Counted from the stretch's first letter, positions 11,098-21,388 are shown. The stretch is DNA of 54,694 bases from an uncultured Anaerolineaceae bacterium (GCA_964386185.1 CAYLRJ010000003.1:1-54694), one strand, 5' to 3'. Numbers and translations are program-made. The notes: a model not told the origin generated them from the sequence alone.

Positions 11098-11763
11098 GTG
11101 TCGGTGTTTATCGTGCTGTTAGGCGCGCCTGGCGCGGGCAAGGGCACCCAAGCCAAAATCCTTTCGCAGAAGACGGGGTTGCCCCAAATCTCTACGGGTG
11201 ACATCTTCCGTGAGCACCTGAAAAACCAAACCGAACTGGGCAAACTGGCTCAGCAATACATGAGCAAAGGCGAGCTGGTGCCCGACGACGTCACCGTCGC
11301 GATGGTGCGGGAACGCCTCTCGCGGCCGGATTGTGCGCGCGGCGCCATCCTGGATGGCTTCCCGCGCACACCCGCTCAAGCCGAAGCCTTGGATACCATC
11401 CTGGCTGAGTTGGGCGGCAAAGTGGGCATCGTGCCTTTCATCAAAGTGCCCGAAGACGAGTTGGTCGAGCGCCTTTCAGGGCGGCTCATCTGTCGGGCGC
11501 AGGGGCACATCTTCCACAAAAAATTCCACCCGCCCAAAGTGCCCGGCATTTGCGACTACGACGGCTCAGAACTTTATCAGCGCGAAGACGATCGCCCCGA
11601 AGTGGTTCGCAATCGCATTCGCGTCTACCTGGAGCAGACCCAGCCCCTGGTGGCCTATTACCGAAAAAAGGGCGTGTTGGTCGAAATTGACGGCACCCAG
11701 CCCATCGAAAAGGTCACCGAGGCGATTTGGGCTGCCCTTCCCGAGGAAGTCAAACACGCATGA
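11098..11763 (+). CDS. adk: Adenylate kinase
   Basis: GAPGAGKGTQA P-loop, ISTGDIFR, ILDGFPRT, YQREDD. Confidence 0.97.
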   Translation: MSVFIVLLGAPGAGKGTQAKILSQKTGLPQISTGDIFREHLKNQTELGKLAQQYMSKGELVPDDVTVAMVRERLSRPDCARGAILDGFPRTPAQAEALDTILAELGGKVGIVPFIKVPEDELVERLSGRLICRAQGHIFHKKFHPPKVPGICDYDGSELYQREDDRPEVVRNRIRVYLEQTQPLVAYYRKKGVLVEIDGTQPIEKVTEAIWAALPEEVKHA

Positions 11764-12533
11764 GTTGGGATCGCCAAATCATCCTCAAGAGCCCGAAAGA
11801 GATAGCCATCATGCGGGAGGCGGGGCGCATCAACGCGCTGGCGTTGCAGGCCGTCCGGGAAGCCGCCCGCCCAGGCATCACCACAGCCGAACTGGACGCG
11901 ATTGCGGAGGAAGTCATCCGAAGCCACGGTGCAGTACCGGCGTTCAAGGGGTATCCGGGTCCTTACCCCTACCCCGCCACCATCACGGCCAGCATCAACG
12001 AAGAACTGGTGCACGGCATTCCCAGTGATAAACGTCGCCTGCGGGAAGGCGACATCGTTTCGATTGATTGTGGCACGATTTACAAAGGCTATGTAGCGGA
12101 CTCGGCGTTCACCATGGGCATTGGGAACATCTCTCCCGAAGCCCAGCGGTTGCTGGAGGTGACCGAGCGCGCGCTGTATGTCGGGATTGACAAACTGCGC
12201 GCGGGCAACCGGGTTGGGGATGTCTCCGCGGCAATCCAACACTATGTGGAATCGCACGGTTACCATGTAACCCGCGAATACACCGGCCACGGCGTAGGGC
12301 GCGAGATGCACGAAGGCCCTTCCGTGCCCAACTATGGGCTGCCGGGGCGCGGGGTAATGTTGCGGGTGGGCATGGTCATCGCGTTGGAACCCATGGTGTT
12401 GATAGGCACCCCCAAGACCCGCGTCTTGCCTGATCGGTGGACGGTGGCCTCGGCCGATGGCAGCCTCACCGCCCACTTTGAGCATACGGTCGCCATCACC
12501 GAGGATGGCCCAGTCATCCTCACAGTGGTTTGA
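11760..12533 (+). CDS. map: Methionine aminopeptidase type I
   Basis: SINEELVHGIP, GDIVSIDCG, YTGHGVG, ALEPM, AHFEHT. Confidence 0.97.
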   Translation: MSWDRQIILKSPKEIAIMREAGRINALALQAVREAARPGITTAELDAIAEEVIRSHGAVPAFKGYPGPYPYPATITASINEELVHGIPSDKRRLREGDIVSIDCGTIYKGYVADSAFTMGIGNISPEAQRLLEVTERALYVGIDKLRAGNRVGDVSAAIQHYVESHGYHVTREYTGHGVGREMHEGPSVPNYGLPGRGVMLRVGMVIALEPMVLIGTPKTRVLPDRWTVASADGSLTAHFEHTVAITEDGPVILTVV

Positions 12534-12572
12534 AGGCTGCCACCCCCGGACAAGAGAAAACGACCAACACTC

Positions 12573-12601
12573 TGGACGAGAGAGAAAGTGCCTGGTATAA
12601 T
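12573..12601 (+). promoter_or_regulatory. Promoter of the rpmJ-rpsM-rpsK-rpsD-rpoA-rplQ (alpha) unit
   Basis: TGGACG, 17 bp spacer, extended TGG-TATAAT (12596-12601). Confidence 0.8.
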
Positions 12602-12646
12602 CTAAACTTTGCTGGGCACGAATCGAGGACGTAAGGAGAGCAAACC

Positions 12647-12760
12647 ATGAAAGTATCTGCGTCGGTCAAAAAGCGCTGCTCGAAGTGCAAAATCGTGCGG
12701 CGTAAAGGGCGGGTCTATGTGATCTGCGAAAATCCCAAACACAAACAGCGACAGGGGTAG
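12647..12760 (+). CDS. rpmJ: 50S ribosomal protein L36 (not in the ORF track, 37 aa)
   Basis: Hand translation: [37 protein letters not shown]; AAGGAG SD. Confidence 0.98.
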   Translation: MKVSASVKKRCSKCKIVRRKGRVYVICENPKHKQRQG

Positions 12761-12764
12761 TACG

Positions 12765-13154
12765 ATGGCGCGTATTGAAGGCGTTGATTTACCACGGAAC
12801 AAACGCATTGAGATTGCCCTGACCTACATCTATGGCATTGGCCGGTCGCGGGCAAAGGAAATTTTAGCTGCCACCCAGGTAAACCCCGACACGCGGGTGA
12901 AAGACCTCACCGACGAGGAAATCGCCCGCCTGCGCGAGTTTATCAGCAGCAACTACAAAGTCGAAGGCGATCTGCGCCGCGAAGTGCAGATGAACATCAA
13001 GCGTCTGATTGAAATCGGCAGTTACCGGGGTTTGCGCCATCGCATGGGTTTGCCCGTGCGTGGGCAGCGCACCCGCACCAACGCGCGGACCCGCAAAGGC
13101 CCCAAGAAGACGGTGGCCGGTCGTGGCCGCCGCCGCGGCGCCAAGAAGAAGTAA
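12765..13154 (+). CDS. rpsM: 30S ribosomal protein S13
   Basis: [40 protein letters not shown]. Confidence 0.98.
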   Translation: MARIEGVDLPRNKRIEIALTYIYGIGRSRAKEILAATQVNPDTRVKDLTDEEIARLREFISSNYKVEGDLRREVQMNIKRLIEIGSYRGLRHRMGLPVRGQRTRTNARTRKGPKKTVAGRGRRRGAKKK

Positions 13155-13220
13155 ATCGTGACCTGTGGGCGCGCGGCTTCCCCGCGGCTCATGCCAGTCT
13201 GAACAGGAGAAGTGAGGTCT

Positions 13221-13622
13221 ATGGCGAGGAATACTCGTTCCCGACGGCGCAGCAGCGCCAAAAAAGTCAAGCGGCATCTGCCTCGTGGCCATGTGCATAT
13301 CCATGCCACGTTTAACAACACCATTATCACCGTGACCGACGAGCACGGCAACGTGGTCACGTGGGCCAGCGGCGGCACCGCGGGCTTCAAAGGCTCGCGC
13401 AAAAGCACGCCCTTCGCAGCCCGCCTGGCCACCGAGCAGGCTGTCAAGGCCGCAATGGATATGGGGATGCGCGAAGCGCACGTCTTCGTCAAAGGCCCCG
13501 GCCCCGGCCGTGACGCCTCGTTGCGCGCCTTGATGGCCATGGGCTTGAAAATTCTCTCCATTTCCGACGTCACCCCCGTACCCCACAACGGTTGCCGCCC
13601 GCCGAAAAAGCGGCGTGTCTAA
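13221..13622 (+). CDS. rpsK: 30S ribosomal protein S11
   Basis: [41 protein letters not shown]. Confidence 0.98.
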   Translation: MARNTRSRRRSSAKKVKRHLPRGHVHIHATFNNTIITVTDEHGNVVTWASGGTAGFKGSRKSTPFAARLATEQAVKAAMDMGMREAHVFVKGPGPGRDASLRALMAMGLKILSISDVTPVPHNGCRPPKKRRV

Positions 13623-13649
13623 ACTCTGGGGATTGATTGAGGTAGATCT

Positions 13650-14291
13650 ATGGCTAAGTATCTGGGACCTGTTTGCAAACTCTGTCGCCGTGAAGGCGAA
13701 AAATTGTTCCTCAAGGGAGAGAAGTGCTTCACCAGCAAGTGCCCGATGGAGCGCCATCCCTACCCGCCCGGTGAACACGGGCGCATGGCGCGCTTTAGCC
13801 GCCGTCGCGAATCCGACTATGCCAAACAGCTGCGCGCCAAGCAGCGCGCCCGTCGGATCTACGGCGTGCTGGAGCGCCAATTCCGCCGCTACTACGAAGT
13901 GGCCCTCCAACGCCGCGGCATGACCGGTTTGAACTTGCTTCAAATCCTCGAATCGCGGCTGGACAACGTGGTCTATCGCCTGGGCTTCGCGCGAAGCCGC
14001 GCCGAAGCCCGCCTTTTGGTCACCCACGGCCATTTCACCGTCAACGGCCGACGGGTGGATGTCCCCTCGATGTTGCTGCGCCCCGGCGATGTCGTGGCCG
14101 TGCGGCCTGAATCTCGCCGCCGCAGTTTCTTCAAACAGGTGTTGCCCGAATGGGCTGAAAAGCAAACCCCGCCGGCATGGCTCAGCCGCGACCTGGACAA
14201 CCTCTCCGGGCGGGTCGAGCGCATGCCCGAACGCGGCGAAATTGACAGCAACATCAACGAGCAACTGATCGTGGAATACTACTCGCGCTAA
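13650..14291 (+). CDS. rpsD: 30S ribosomal protein S4 (four-Cys zinc form)
   Basis: [45 protein letters not shown]. Confidence 0.98.
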   Translation: MAKYLGPVCKLCRREGEKLFLKGEKCFTSKCPMERHPYPPGEHGRMARFSRRRESDYAKQLRAKQRARRIYGVLERQFRRYYEVALQRRGMTGLNLLQILESRLDNVVYRLGFARSRAEARLLVTHGHFTVNGRRVDVPSMLLRPGDVVAVRPESRRRSFFKQVLPEWAEKQTPPAWLSRDLDNLSGRVERMPERGEIDSNINEQLIVEYYSR

Positions 14292-14327
14292 TGTCTTGGG
14301 TTTTAGCGCCCAGGGAAGGGGTGAACA

Positions 14328-15296
14328 GTGGTCGGTTTGGGTAACATGGTGACACCGCGAATTGAGCGCGATTTGGAAGCGCTCAATTACAGCCGTTTCG
14401 TCATCAGCCCCTTAGAACGGGGCTATGGCGTGACCCTGGGGAACGCCTTGCGTCGGGTGTTGCTTTCATCGTTGGAAGGCGCTGCCGTAACCTCGGTGCG
14501 AATTTCCAACGTCTTACATGAGTTTAGCGCCATCCCCGGGGTGCGCGAAGATGTTTTGCAAATCAGCCTGCAGCTGAAGCAATTGCGCTTCAAACTGCAC
14601 GACGTAGACACCGCGCGCCTCTATCTGGAAGTGCGCGGTGAGGGCATCGTCACCGCAGCCGACATCATCGCCCCGCCCGAGGTAGAAATCGTCAACCCCG
14701 ACCTCTACCTCTTTACCGTGGACGACCCCGACGCCACCTTAGAAATGGCCATGACGGTGGAGCGCGGCCGTGGCTATTCCCCCGCGGTGGAACGCAGCCG
14801 TCAACTGCCCATCGGTGAACTCGCTGTAGACGCCATCTTTACGCCGGTGCGTCGGGTCAACTGGGAAGTGGGCTCGGCCCGGGTCGGCCAAAGCACCAAC
14901 TACGACCGCCTGGTGTTGGAAATTTGGACCGACGAAACCATCACGCCCGAAGAGGCCCTCAAAACCGCGGCCCAGATTTTGGTGGCCCACTTTGGCTACA
15001 TCGCCGGCGTCAGCGAAGAAGGCCTGAGCGCCGTGGCCCCCGCACCCAAAGAAAAATCGTGGCGCAGCGGGCTCACCAGCGAAATGATGGAAACCCCCCT
15101 CGAAGAACTGGACCTTTCGGTGCGGGTCTTCAATTCCCTCAAACGCGCGGGCGTCACCACGGTGGGCGAGGTGTTGGACTTGCTGGGCAAAGGCGAAGAA
15201 GCCATGCTCTCCATTCGAAACTTTGGCGAAAAGAGCCTGGATGAACTTCTGACCAAAATGCGCGAAAAAGGCTTCCTGCCGGAAGAAGAGGAATAA
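14328..15296 (+). CDS. rpoA: RNA polymerase subunit alpha
   Basis: PLERGYGVTLGNALRRVLLSS, HEFSAIPGVREDV, LDLSVRVFNSLKRAG; start may instead be ATG 14346. Confidence 0.97.
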   Translation: MVGLGNMVTPRIERDLEALNYSRFVISPLERGYGVTLGNALRRVLLSSLEGAAVTSVRISNVLHEFSAIPGVREDVLQISLQLKQLRFKLHDVDTARLYLEVRGEGIVTAADIIAPPEVEIVNPDLYLFTVDDPDATLEMAMTVERGRGYSPAVERSRQLPIGELAVDAIFTPVRRVNWEVGSARVGQSTNYDRLVLEIWTDETITPEEALKTAAQILVAHFGYIAGVSEEGLSAVAPAPKEKSWRSGLTSEMMETPLEELDLSVRVFNSLKRAGVTTVGEVLDLLGKGEEAMLSIRNFGEKSLDELLTKMREKGFLPEEEE

Positions 15297-15317
15297 GCGC
15301 ATCACGGAGTGAGAACT

Positions 15318-15728
15318 ATGCGACATAAAGTTGCCGGAAAGAAACTCAGCCGTTCCAAAGACGCCCGCAAGGCGTTGCGGCGGAATCTGATTAAGCAATT
15401 GTTTTACCATGAACGCATCCGCACCACGCGGGCCAAAGCCCAGGCTGTCCGCAGCGAAGCCGAACGGCTGATTACCATTGCCAAGCGTGGCAATGAGGCC
15501 GGTGGTGCCGCGATGGTTCACGCTCGCCGCGTGGTGGCGGCCCGCTTGGGCACGCCCTACCTTGGCGGCGGCGAAGACGAAGAACGGATCAACGTGGTCA
15601 ACAAATTGTTCGACGACATTGCCCCGCGTTATGCTGACCGCCCGGGCGGCTACACCCGCGTGCTCAAACTGGGACCCCGCCTGAGCGACGGCGCGGAAAT
15701 GGTCTTGTTGGAGTTGGTCGAAGAGTAA
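15318..15728 (+). CDS. rplQ: 50S ribosomal protein L17
   Basis: MRHKVAGKKLSR, IRTTRAKA, RPGGYTRVLKLG. Confidence 0.97.
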   Translation: MRHKVAGKKLSRSKDARKALRRNLIKQLFYHERIRTTRAKAQAVRSEAERLITIAKRGNEAGGAAMVHARRVVAARLGTPYLGGGEDEERINVVNKLFDDIAPRYADRPGGYTRVLKLGPRLSDGAEMVLLELVEE

Positions 15729-15807
15729 CTTTCGGGCCTGTGCCACAACAAGGCACGTTCATCGCTCACTGTGGTACACGGCGCGTGGCGTGGCACAGGG
15801 CACAATC

Positions 15808-16605
15808 ATGGCACTTTACCAGGCAATCCTCGCATACGACGGTACCGACTTCCTGGGCTTCCAACGGCAAGCCCAAGGGCGTACCGTGCAGGGCGAAGTG
15901 GAAACCAGCCTGCGGCAATTGGGCTGGCAAGAAGAAGCCATCCGCTACGCGGGCCGAACCGATCGCGGGGTCCACGCCCGTGGCCAGGTGATTGCGTTTG
16001 ACCTGGCGTGGCGTCATTCCCCCGAGGCGCTTCAAAAGGCCCTCAACGCCCTGCTGCCTGCCGACATCGCGGTGGACAATGTGCGTCCTGCAGCGGCCGA
16101 TTTCCACCCCCGTTACGCGGCCGTGGCGCGGCGTTACATCTACTACCTCTACACCGCACCCGTGCGCCATCCCTGGTGGCGACGCTACGCCTGGCAGGTG
16201 CAAGGGGCGCTGTCGGCCGAGGCCCTGACATCGGCCGCGGCGGCCTTCCTCGGGCGGAAGGATTTCGCCGCCCTGGGCACCCCGCCCAACCCCCACGGCA
16301 CCACCGTGCGGACGGTGTATAAGGCCGCCTGGGCGCGCCTGGGCCCGCAGGCCTGGGCGTTTGACGTGGTGGCCGACGCCTTCCTCTATCGGATGGTGCG
16401 GCGCATGGTCGCCCTGCAAGTGGCCGTCGCCCAAGGGCGGATGCCGGCGTGGGCCTTCCAGCAAGCGCTGGAAACGCCCCCCAAAGCCCCCTTGCAAGGG
16501 CTGGCCCCGCCCCAAGGGCTCTTCCTGGAGGCGGTGTGCTATGACCAGACGAGCTTGCAAGCCTGCTTGCAGGCGCAACCCCGCTGGATAGGCGGCCCGC
16601 CCTGA
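15808..16605 (+). CDS. truA: tRNA pseudouridine(38-40) synthase
   Basis: YDGTDFLGFQRQ, AGRTDRGVHARGQ, AFLYRMVRRMV; start uncertain (15790 or 15808). Confidence 0.95.
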   Translation: MALYQAILAYDGTDFLGFQRQAQGRTVQGEVETSLRQLGWQEEAIRYAGRTDRGVHARGQVIAFDLAWRHSPEALQKALNALLPADIAVDNVRPAAADFHPRYAAVARRYIYYLYTAPVRHPWWRRYAWQVQGALSAEALTSAAAAFLGRKDFAALGTPPNPHGTTVRTVYKAAWARLGPQAWAFDVVADAFLYRMVRRMVALQVAVAQGRMPAWAFQQALETPPKAPLQGLAPPQGLFLEAVCYDQTSLQACLQAQPRWIGGPP

Positions 16606-16669
16606 AACGTGAGGATGCCTTCCCCCTGTGCAGTTTACTGCTACGGATTCTTGTTTGGAGAGGTCAACG

Positions 16670-17098
16670 GTGAAAACTTATTATCCGAAACCCGCTGAAA
16701 TCACCCGCGAGTGGCTGCTGGTGGATGCCAACGACCAAAATTTGGGTCGGCTGGCCACCCGCATCGCGGCCCTGTTGTTGGGCAAACACAAGCCCAACTA
16801 CACCCCTGGCGTGGATATGGGCGACTACGTCGTGGTCGTCAACGCTGAGCGTGTGCGGGTCACGGGCCGGAAATTGGACCAGAAGAAATATTATCGGCAC
16901 TCCGGTTACCCCGGCGGTTTGCGGGAAGTCACCCTGCGCGAGCAACTCAAGCGCTACCCCGAGCGGGTCATCCGCTCGGCCGTGTGGGGCATGTTGCCCA
17001 AAAACGCGTATGGCCGCAAACTGATCAAGAAACTCAAGGTCTATGCCGGGCCGGATCATCCCCATGAAGCGCAAAAGCCCCGCCGCATCGAACTGTAA
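16670..17098 (+). CDS. rplM: 50S ribosomal protein L13
   Basis: WLLVDA...LGRLAT...[30 protein letters not shown]. Confidence 0.98.
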   Translation: MKTYYPKPAEITREWLLVDANDQNLGRLATRIAALLLGKHKPNYTPGVDMGDYVVVVNAERVRVTGRKLDQKKYYRHSGYPGGLREVTLREQLKRYPERVIRSAVWGMLPKNAYGRKLIKKLKVYAGPDHPHEAQKPRRIEL

Positions 17099-17130
17099 GC
17101 GGCGCAGGGATACGAAGGAGGTTGGATTTT

Positions 17131-17526
17131 ATGGCAGTGCGTTACTATGAAGGCATTGGGCGCCGCAAGGAAGCCACCGCGCGCGTGCGCATTATGCAGG
17201 GCTCGGGTAAGTTCATCGTCAACGGCAAGCCGGTGGAGGAATATTTCCCCCGCATCGGCGATTTGGACAACGTCTTGCTGCCCTTCACCGTGTTGGGTGA
17301 GCCGCGCGAGAAATACGATGTCACCGTGGTGGTGAAAGGCGGCGGCGTGACCGGCCAAGTAGGCGCGGTGCGTCTGGGGTTGGCGCGGGCTTTTGTCAAA
17401 TACAACGAGGAATTCGGCCCCGCGCTCAAGAAAAAAGGCTTGCTCTCGCGCGACCCGCGCGTCAAAGAGCGCAAAAAGCCCGGCCTCAAACGCGCCCGCA
17501 AGGCCCCGACCTACACCAAGCGCTAA
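17131..17526 (+). CDS. rpsI: 30S ribosomal protein S9
   Basis: GRRKEATARV, GGGVTGQVGAVR, RDPRVKERKKPGLKRARKAPTYTKR. Confidence 0.98.
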   Translation: MAVRYYEGIGRRKEATARVRIMQGSGKFIVNGKPVEEYFPRIGDLDNVLLPFTVLGEPREKYDVTVVVKGGGVTGQVGAVRLGLARAFVKYNEEFGPALKKKGLLSRDPRVKERKKPGLKRARKAPTYTKR

Positions 17527-17769
17527 ACCGCACCTCGCGTGTGGCTGTTGGCAACGCGTTCCCCTGCTGGTTTGGCAGGGGCGTGTTGCGTTAACCCCCC
17601 TCAATGACTCATGCCTTGACCCGGGCCGCACCGCTGGCCCCGCACGCACGGCTGGCGGGGCAAGGGCTGTTGTGGCGCCTTGTAAACCCTTTGCGCGCGC
17701 CGGGCTTCGCTTCCCGCCCCCTGCGCGCTGACAGGCCCAGGCAAGGCAACCCTTTTTCGGAGAATTCCT

Positions 17770-19215
17770 ATGCCTTCTCTCACTCTGCTTGGCTTAGGTC
17801 CCGGCGACCCTCGGCATTTGACCCGCGAAGCCTGGGAAGTGTTGACCACCACGGATGAAATTTATCTGCGCACCGGCAAACACCCCACCGTGGCCGGCTT
17901 CCCCCCCACGCTGCAAATTCACACCTTCGACCACCTTTACGAACGCGCCGACACCTTTGAGGCAGTGTATCAGCAGATTGTCGAAGAGGTGCTGGCTTTG
18001 GCGCAGCGCCCCCAGGGCGTGGTGTATGCCGTGCCGGGGCACCCTTTTGTGGCCGAGGCAACCGGGCAGGCGCTTGCTCGGCGGGCTCGCGAAGCGCAAA
18101 TTCCCCTGCGGGTGGTCGAAGGATTGAGCTTTGTGGAACCTACCCTGCGGGCTTTGGGCTGTGACGCTTTCCCCCACACAGCCTTGGCCGACGCGTTGGA
18201 ACTTGCAGCCAAACACGTGCCGCCGTTCCCCCCTTCCGCGCCTGCCTTGGTGGCGCAACTTTACGACCGCACCGTGGCCTCAGAAGTCAAATTGACCCTG
18301 ATGGCCGTCTATCCAGATGAGCACCAAGTGGCGTTGGTGCATGGCGCGGGCACGCCTGATGAAACTGTGCGTTGGCTCCCCCTATATGAGATAGACCGTG
18401 ACCCGCACATCGGCTTGCTCACCAGCCTTTACATCCCGGCCTTGGCGCCCGACGCCTCTTTTGAGGCCTTCCAGGAAGTGGTCGCCCGCCTGCGGGCCCC
18501 CGATGGCTGCCCCTGGGACCGCAAACAAACCCACCGTTCCCTGCGCAAATATTTGCTGGAAGAGTCTTACGAGGTGTTGGAAGCCATCGACGCGGAAAAT
18601 TGGGACGCGCTGGCCGAGGAGCTGGGCGATGTGTTGCTTCAAGTTTTGCTCCACGCGCAAATCGCCTTTGAAGAGGGCGAATTTACGATGACCGATGTCT
18701 TGCAGCGCATCCACCGCAAGATGGTGCGGCGACACCCCCATGTGTTTGGCGATGTGCAAGTGGCCGATGCCGATGAGGTGGTGCGCAATTGGGAAGCCAT
18801 CAAAGCCCAGGAAAAAGGCCACCCCGCGCCCCAAAGCGTGTTGGATGGCATCACCAAAGGGCTGCCTGCCTTGATGGAAGCCCAAGAAATCCAGAAAAAA
18901 GTGGTCAAGGTTGGCTTCGATTGGCCTGACATCCAAGGCGTGTGGGATAAACTGGCCGAAGAGCTGGAAGAAGTGCGGCAGGCCCAAACCCTTGCGGAGA
19001 AAGAGGCCGAAATCGGCGATGTTCTCTTTGTGGTGGTCAATTTGGCCCGTTGGTTGGGCGTGGATGCCGAGTTGGCCTTGCGAGAGGCCAACGCCCGCTT
19101 CCGCCGTCGGTTTGCTGCCATTGAGCAGACGGCAAAGGCCCAGGGCAAACCGGTGGCGGCCTTGACGCTGGACGAGATGGAAGCCGCCTGGCAGCAAGCC
19201 AAACAAGAGGAATAG
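17770..19215 (+). CDS. mazG: YabN-type fusion of a tetrapyrrole-methylase-like domain and MazG NTP pyrophosphohydrolase
   Basis: N-terminal LGLGPGD...YAVPGHP; C-terminal LRAPDGCPWDRKQT, EESYE, EELGDVL, KMVRRHPHVF, GFDW. Confidence 0.92.
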   Translation: MPSLTLLGLGPGDPRHLTREAWEVLTTTDEIYLRTGKHPTVAGFPPTLQIHTFDHLYERADTFEAVYQQIVEEVLALAQRPQGVVYAVPGHPFVAEATGQALARRAREAQIPLRVVEGLSFVEPTLRALGCDAFPHTALADALELAAKHVPPFPPSAPALVAQLYDRTVASEVKLTLMAVYPDEHQVALVHGAGTPDETVRWLPLYEIDRDPHIGLLTSLYIPALAPDASFEAFQEVVARLRAPDGCPWDRKQTHRSLRKYLLEESYEVLEAIDAENWDALAEELGDVLLQVLLHAQIAFEEGEFTMTDVLQRIHRKMVRRHPHVFGDVQVADADEVVRNWEAIKAQEKGHPAPQSVLDGITKGLPALMEAQEIQKKVVKVGFDWPDIQGVWDKLAEELEEVRQAQTLAEKEAEIGDVLFVVVNLARWLGVDAELALREANARFRRRFAAIEQTAKAQGKPVAALTLDEMEAAWQQAKQEE

Positions 19216-19349
19216 CGCAGCGCCCAGGGGGAAGGGGGCTTTTGGGGCGCGCTGTGGGCGCGAGCCGCCTTGCTTTTGAGGTAAAACTTCGCCCCCACGC
19301 CATTGTGTGCGTGGGGGCGAGTGAGTTTTGGAAGCGCCACGCTGGAAGG

Positions 19350-20090
19350 TCACGGCGTGGGGGTGGGCGTCACCAAGTTGACGGGCACAATGAGAATTTG
19401 CCCGGCATAGATGGGGTCGGTGGGGCTTTCGAGCGCGTCGTTGGCTTCGACAATGGCATCCACCGTGCTGTTGAATTTGGCTGCAATGGCTTGCAGGGTG
19501 TCGCCAGGCAGCACAAAGTATTGGATTTCATACCCCTTGGGCATGAACGTCGGCAACGGGGTGGGGGTGGGGCGTTTGGTGCTCGGCGCGGGGATGAGGA
19601 TGGTTTGCCCCACATAGAGGGGAGTTTCGTTGTTCATGTTGTTGATGAGCATCAAGGTGATGAGGTCCACCTTGAACTTTTTGGCAATGGTATAGAGGCT
19701 ATCGCCTTCTTCGACGGTATATTCGAAAGGCTCCGAAGGTGTGGGGGTTGGGGTGGTCGTTGCCGTGGGCGTGATGGTGGGCGTGGCCGTGGCCGTGGGG
19801 GTGATGGTTGCGGTGGGTGTGGGCGTCTCAGTGGCCGTAGGCGTTGCCGTGGGTTTGCTGAGCAGGGGGATGCTTTGCCCCTCGCTCATGAAGGCAAAAA
19901 CCAAAACCACGCCGACAACCACAAACACTACAGAAAGCGCGCCCAACAAAAACGGCAGCCAAGCCTGCATGGCAGATTTTTCGCCTTCTGGGGGCGTTTG
20001 AGGCGCAGCTTCGGGCGTGGGGGTTTGCCCAGGGGGAGGCATCGCTTGCGGTTCTTGGGGGGTGGGTGTTCCTTGGGAATCTTCGCTCAT
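19350..20090 (-). CDS. Membrane-anchored protein with a Thr/Pro-rich linker and two LysM domains
   Basis: One TM segment, PT repeats, YTVEEGDSLYTIAKKFKV and YFVLPGDTLQAIAAKFNST; start at MSEDSQ after a GAGGTG SD. Confidence 0.9.
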   Translation of the reverse strand: MSEDSQGTPTPQEPQAMPPPGQTPTPEAAPQTPPEGEKSAMQAWLPFLLGALSVVFVVVGVVLVFAFMSEGQSIPLLSKPTATPTATETPTPTATITPTATATPTITPTATTTPTPTPSEPFEYTVEEGDSLYTIAKKFKVDLITLMLINNMNNETPLYVGQTILIPAPSTKRPTPTPLPTFMPKGYEIQYFVLPGDTLQAIAAKFNSTVDAIVEANDALESPTDPIYAGQILIVPVNLVTPTPTP

Positions 20091-20418
20091 AACACACCTC
20101 GTTGGTGAGAAATGCCAAACCGGGGTCAATGCAGGGGTATTCTACCGCGCTTTCGCGCGTCTTTCTCATTATAACCGTTTCTTGGCGCCCAGAAGGCCGA
20201 TTGGGTGGGGTCGTGTGGGGGGAAAGCGATGGTGAAGGGGCGCGGCCGTGGCGGGGCTTGGCCCGGTGACATTGGGGGGCCAAGGCAGCAAGGGCAGTTT
20301 CCCTGCCCAGCACCAGATGCAGCCCAAAGAGCCTTCCTTTTGGCGCCCCTTGTGGTATAACAAAGAGCAATCCTCGGCGCGGCGGGTGCGCTGCGTGAGA
20401 TATTTCCATAAGGTGGTC

Positions 20419-21363
20419 ATGGCCCTTCTTTCACCGCCCTCTGCGGGGCAGCGTTTTCCGATTTTGGTGACCGGCGCTCACCGGGCAGGCACGACATGGA
20501 TAGGGCGCACGTTGTCGGCCGGTGGTGAAGCCGCGTATATCAACGAGCCTTTGAGCCGCATTCATCGCCCCGGGGTGTTTGGCGCGCAGGTGCCGCAGTG
20601 GTATTTTTATTTGTGCGCCGAAAACGAAGCCCCGTTTTTAGAGCCCTTTCGGCAGATGTTGGCGTTTCGTTACGGATGGGGGCGCGAATTGCGAGCCGTG
20701 CGTTCCCCGCGCGATGTAGCTCGCATGGGGCGTGATGGCTTCCGCTTTGTGTGGGCGCGGCTGAAACATCAGCGCCCTTTGCTCAAAGACCCTTTTGCGG
20801 TGTTTTCGCTGCCCTGGTTTGTGGCGCGTTGGGGGGCGCAGGCCGTGGTGGTGGTGCGGCATCCTGCGGCGGTGGTCAGCAGTTGGCTGCGGCTGGGGTG
20901 GGTGGTGCCGCCGCGGGCTTTGCTTCGTCAGCCTTTGCTGTTGAACCACGTTCTCACAGCCGATGAAATTGCCGCGTTGGAAAGCGCCCAAAGCGCGGCG
21001 CCATTGGTGCAGGCTGCTTTGTTGTGGCGGGTGATTTACCGCGTCGTCGCGGAGTATCGGGCGACAGAGCAAGCCATCGTGGTGCGTCACGAAGATTTGG
21101 CCCTCGCGCCGGTGGAAAGGTTCCGCACCCTCTACGGCGCGTTGGGGCTGCGCTTCACCCCGCGCGTGCAGCGCCTCATCGAGAAAACCACCGGCGGCAA
21201 AGCCGGAGAAACCGACCCAAAACACCCTCACAGGGTACAATTGAATAGCAAGGCCGTGACGCGGGCGTGGCGTCAGCGGCTCGCACCAGAACAAATTGCA
21301 CACATTCGGGCGTTGACCGAACCTGTAGCATCGCAGTTCTATACCGAGGCCGATTGGGCATGA
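20419..21363 (+). CDS. Sulfotransferase family protein
   Basis: PAPS-binding-like ILVTGAHRAGTTW, YINEP, LLKDP, VVRHPAAVVSS, VRHEDL; start set at ATG 20419. Confidence 0.8.
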   Translation: MALLSPPSAGQRFPILVTGAHRAGTTWIGRTLSAGGEAAYINEPLSRIHRPGVFGAQVPQWYFYLCAENEAPFLEPFRQMLAFRYGWGRELRAVRSPRDVARMGRDGFRFVWARLKHQRPLLKDPFAVFSLPWFVARWGAQAVVVVRHPAAVVSSWLRLGWVVPPRALLRQPLLLNHVLTADEIAALESAQSAAPLVQAALLWRVIYRVVAEYRATEQAIVVRHEDLALAPVERFRTLYGALGLRFTPRVQRLIEKTTGGKAGETDPKHPHRVQLNSKAVTRAWRQRLAPEQIAHIRALTEPVASQFYTEADWA

Positions 21364-21388
21364 TGGCCCGACGGGCGAAGGAGGCACA

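Noticed and set aside
763-17649. Many long antisense or alternative-frame ORFs across the ribosomal cluster
   Set aside because: They overlap unambiguous ribosomal genes; expected in high-GC DNA with few stop codons.
17527-17769. Structured RNA between rpsI and mazG
   Set aside because: Several GC hairpins (e.g. GCAACGCG/CGTGTTGC) but no family motif or promoter; compatible with a terminator-like structure or chance pairing.
17770-19215. MazG as part of a phage-defence or toxin module
   Set aside because: It is the widespread YabN-type housekeeping fusion and has no mazEF or defence neighbours.
19242-20108. 288-aa Gly/Arg-rich + strand ORF
   Set aside because: Antisense read of the Thr/Pro repeats of the LysM gene.
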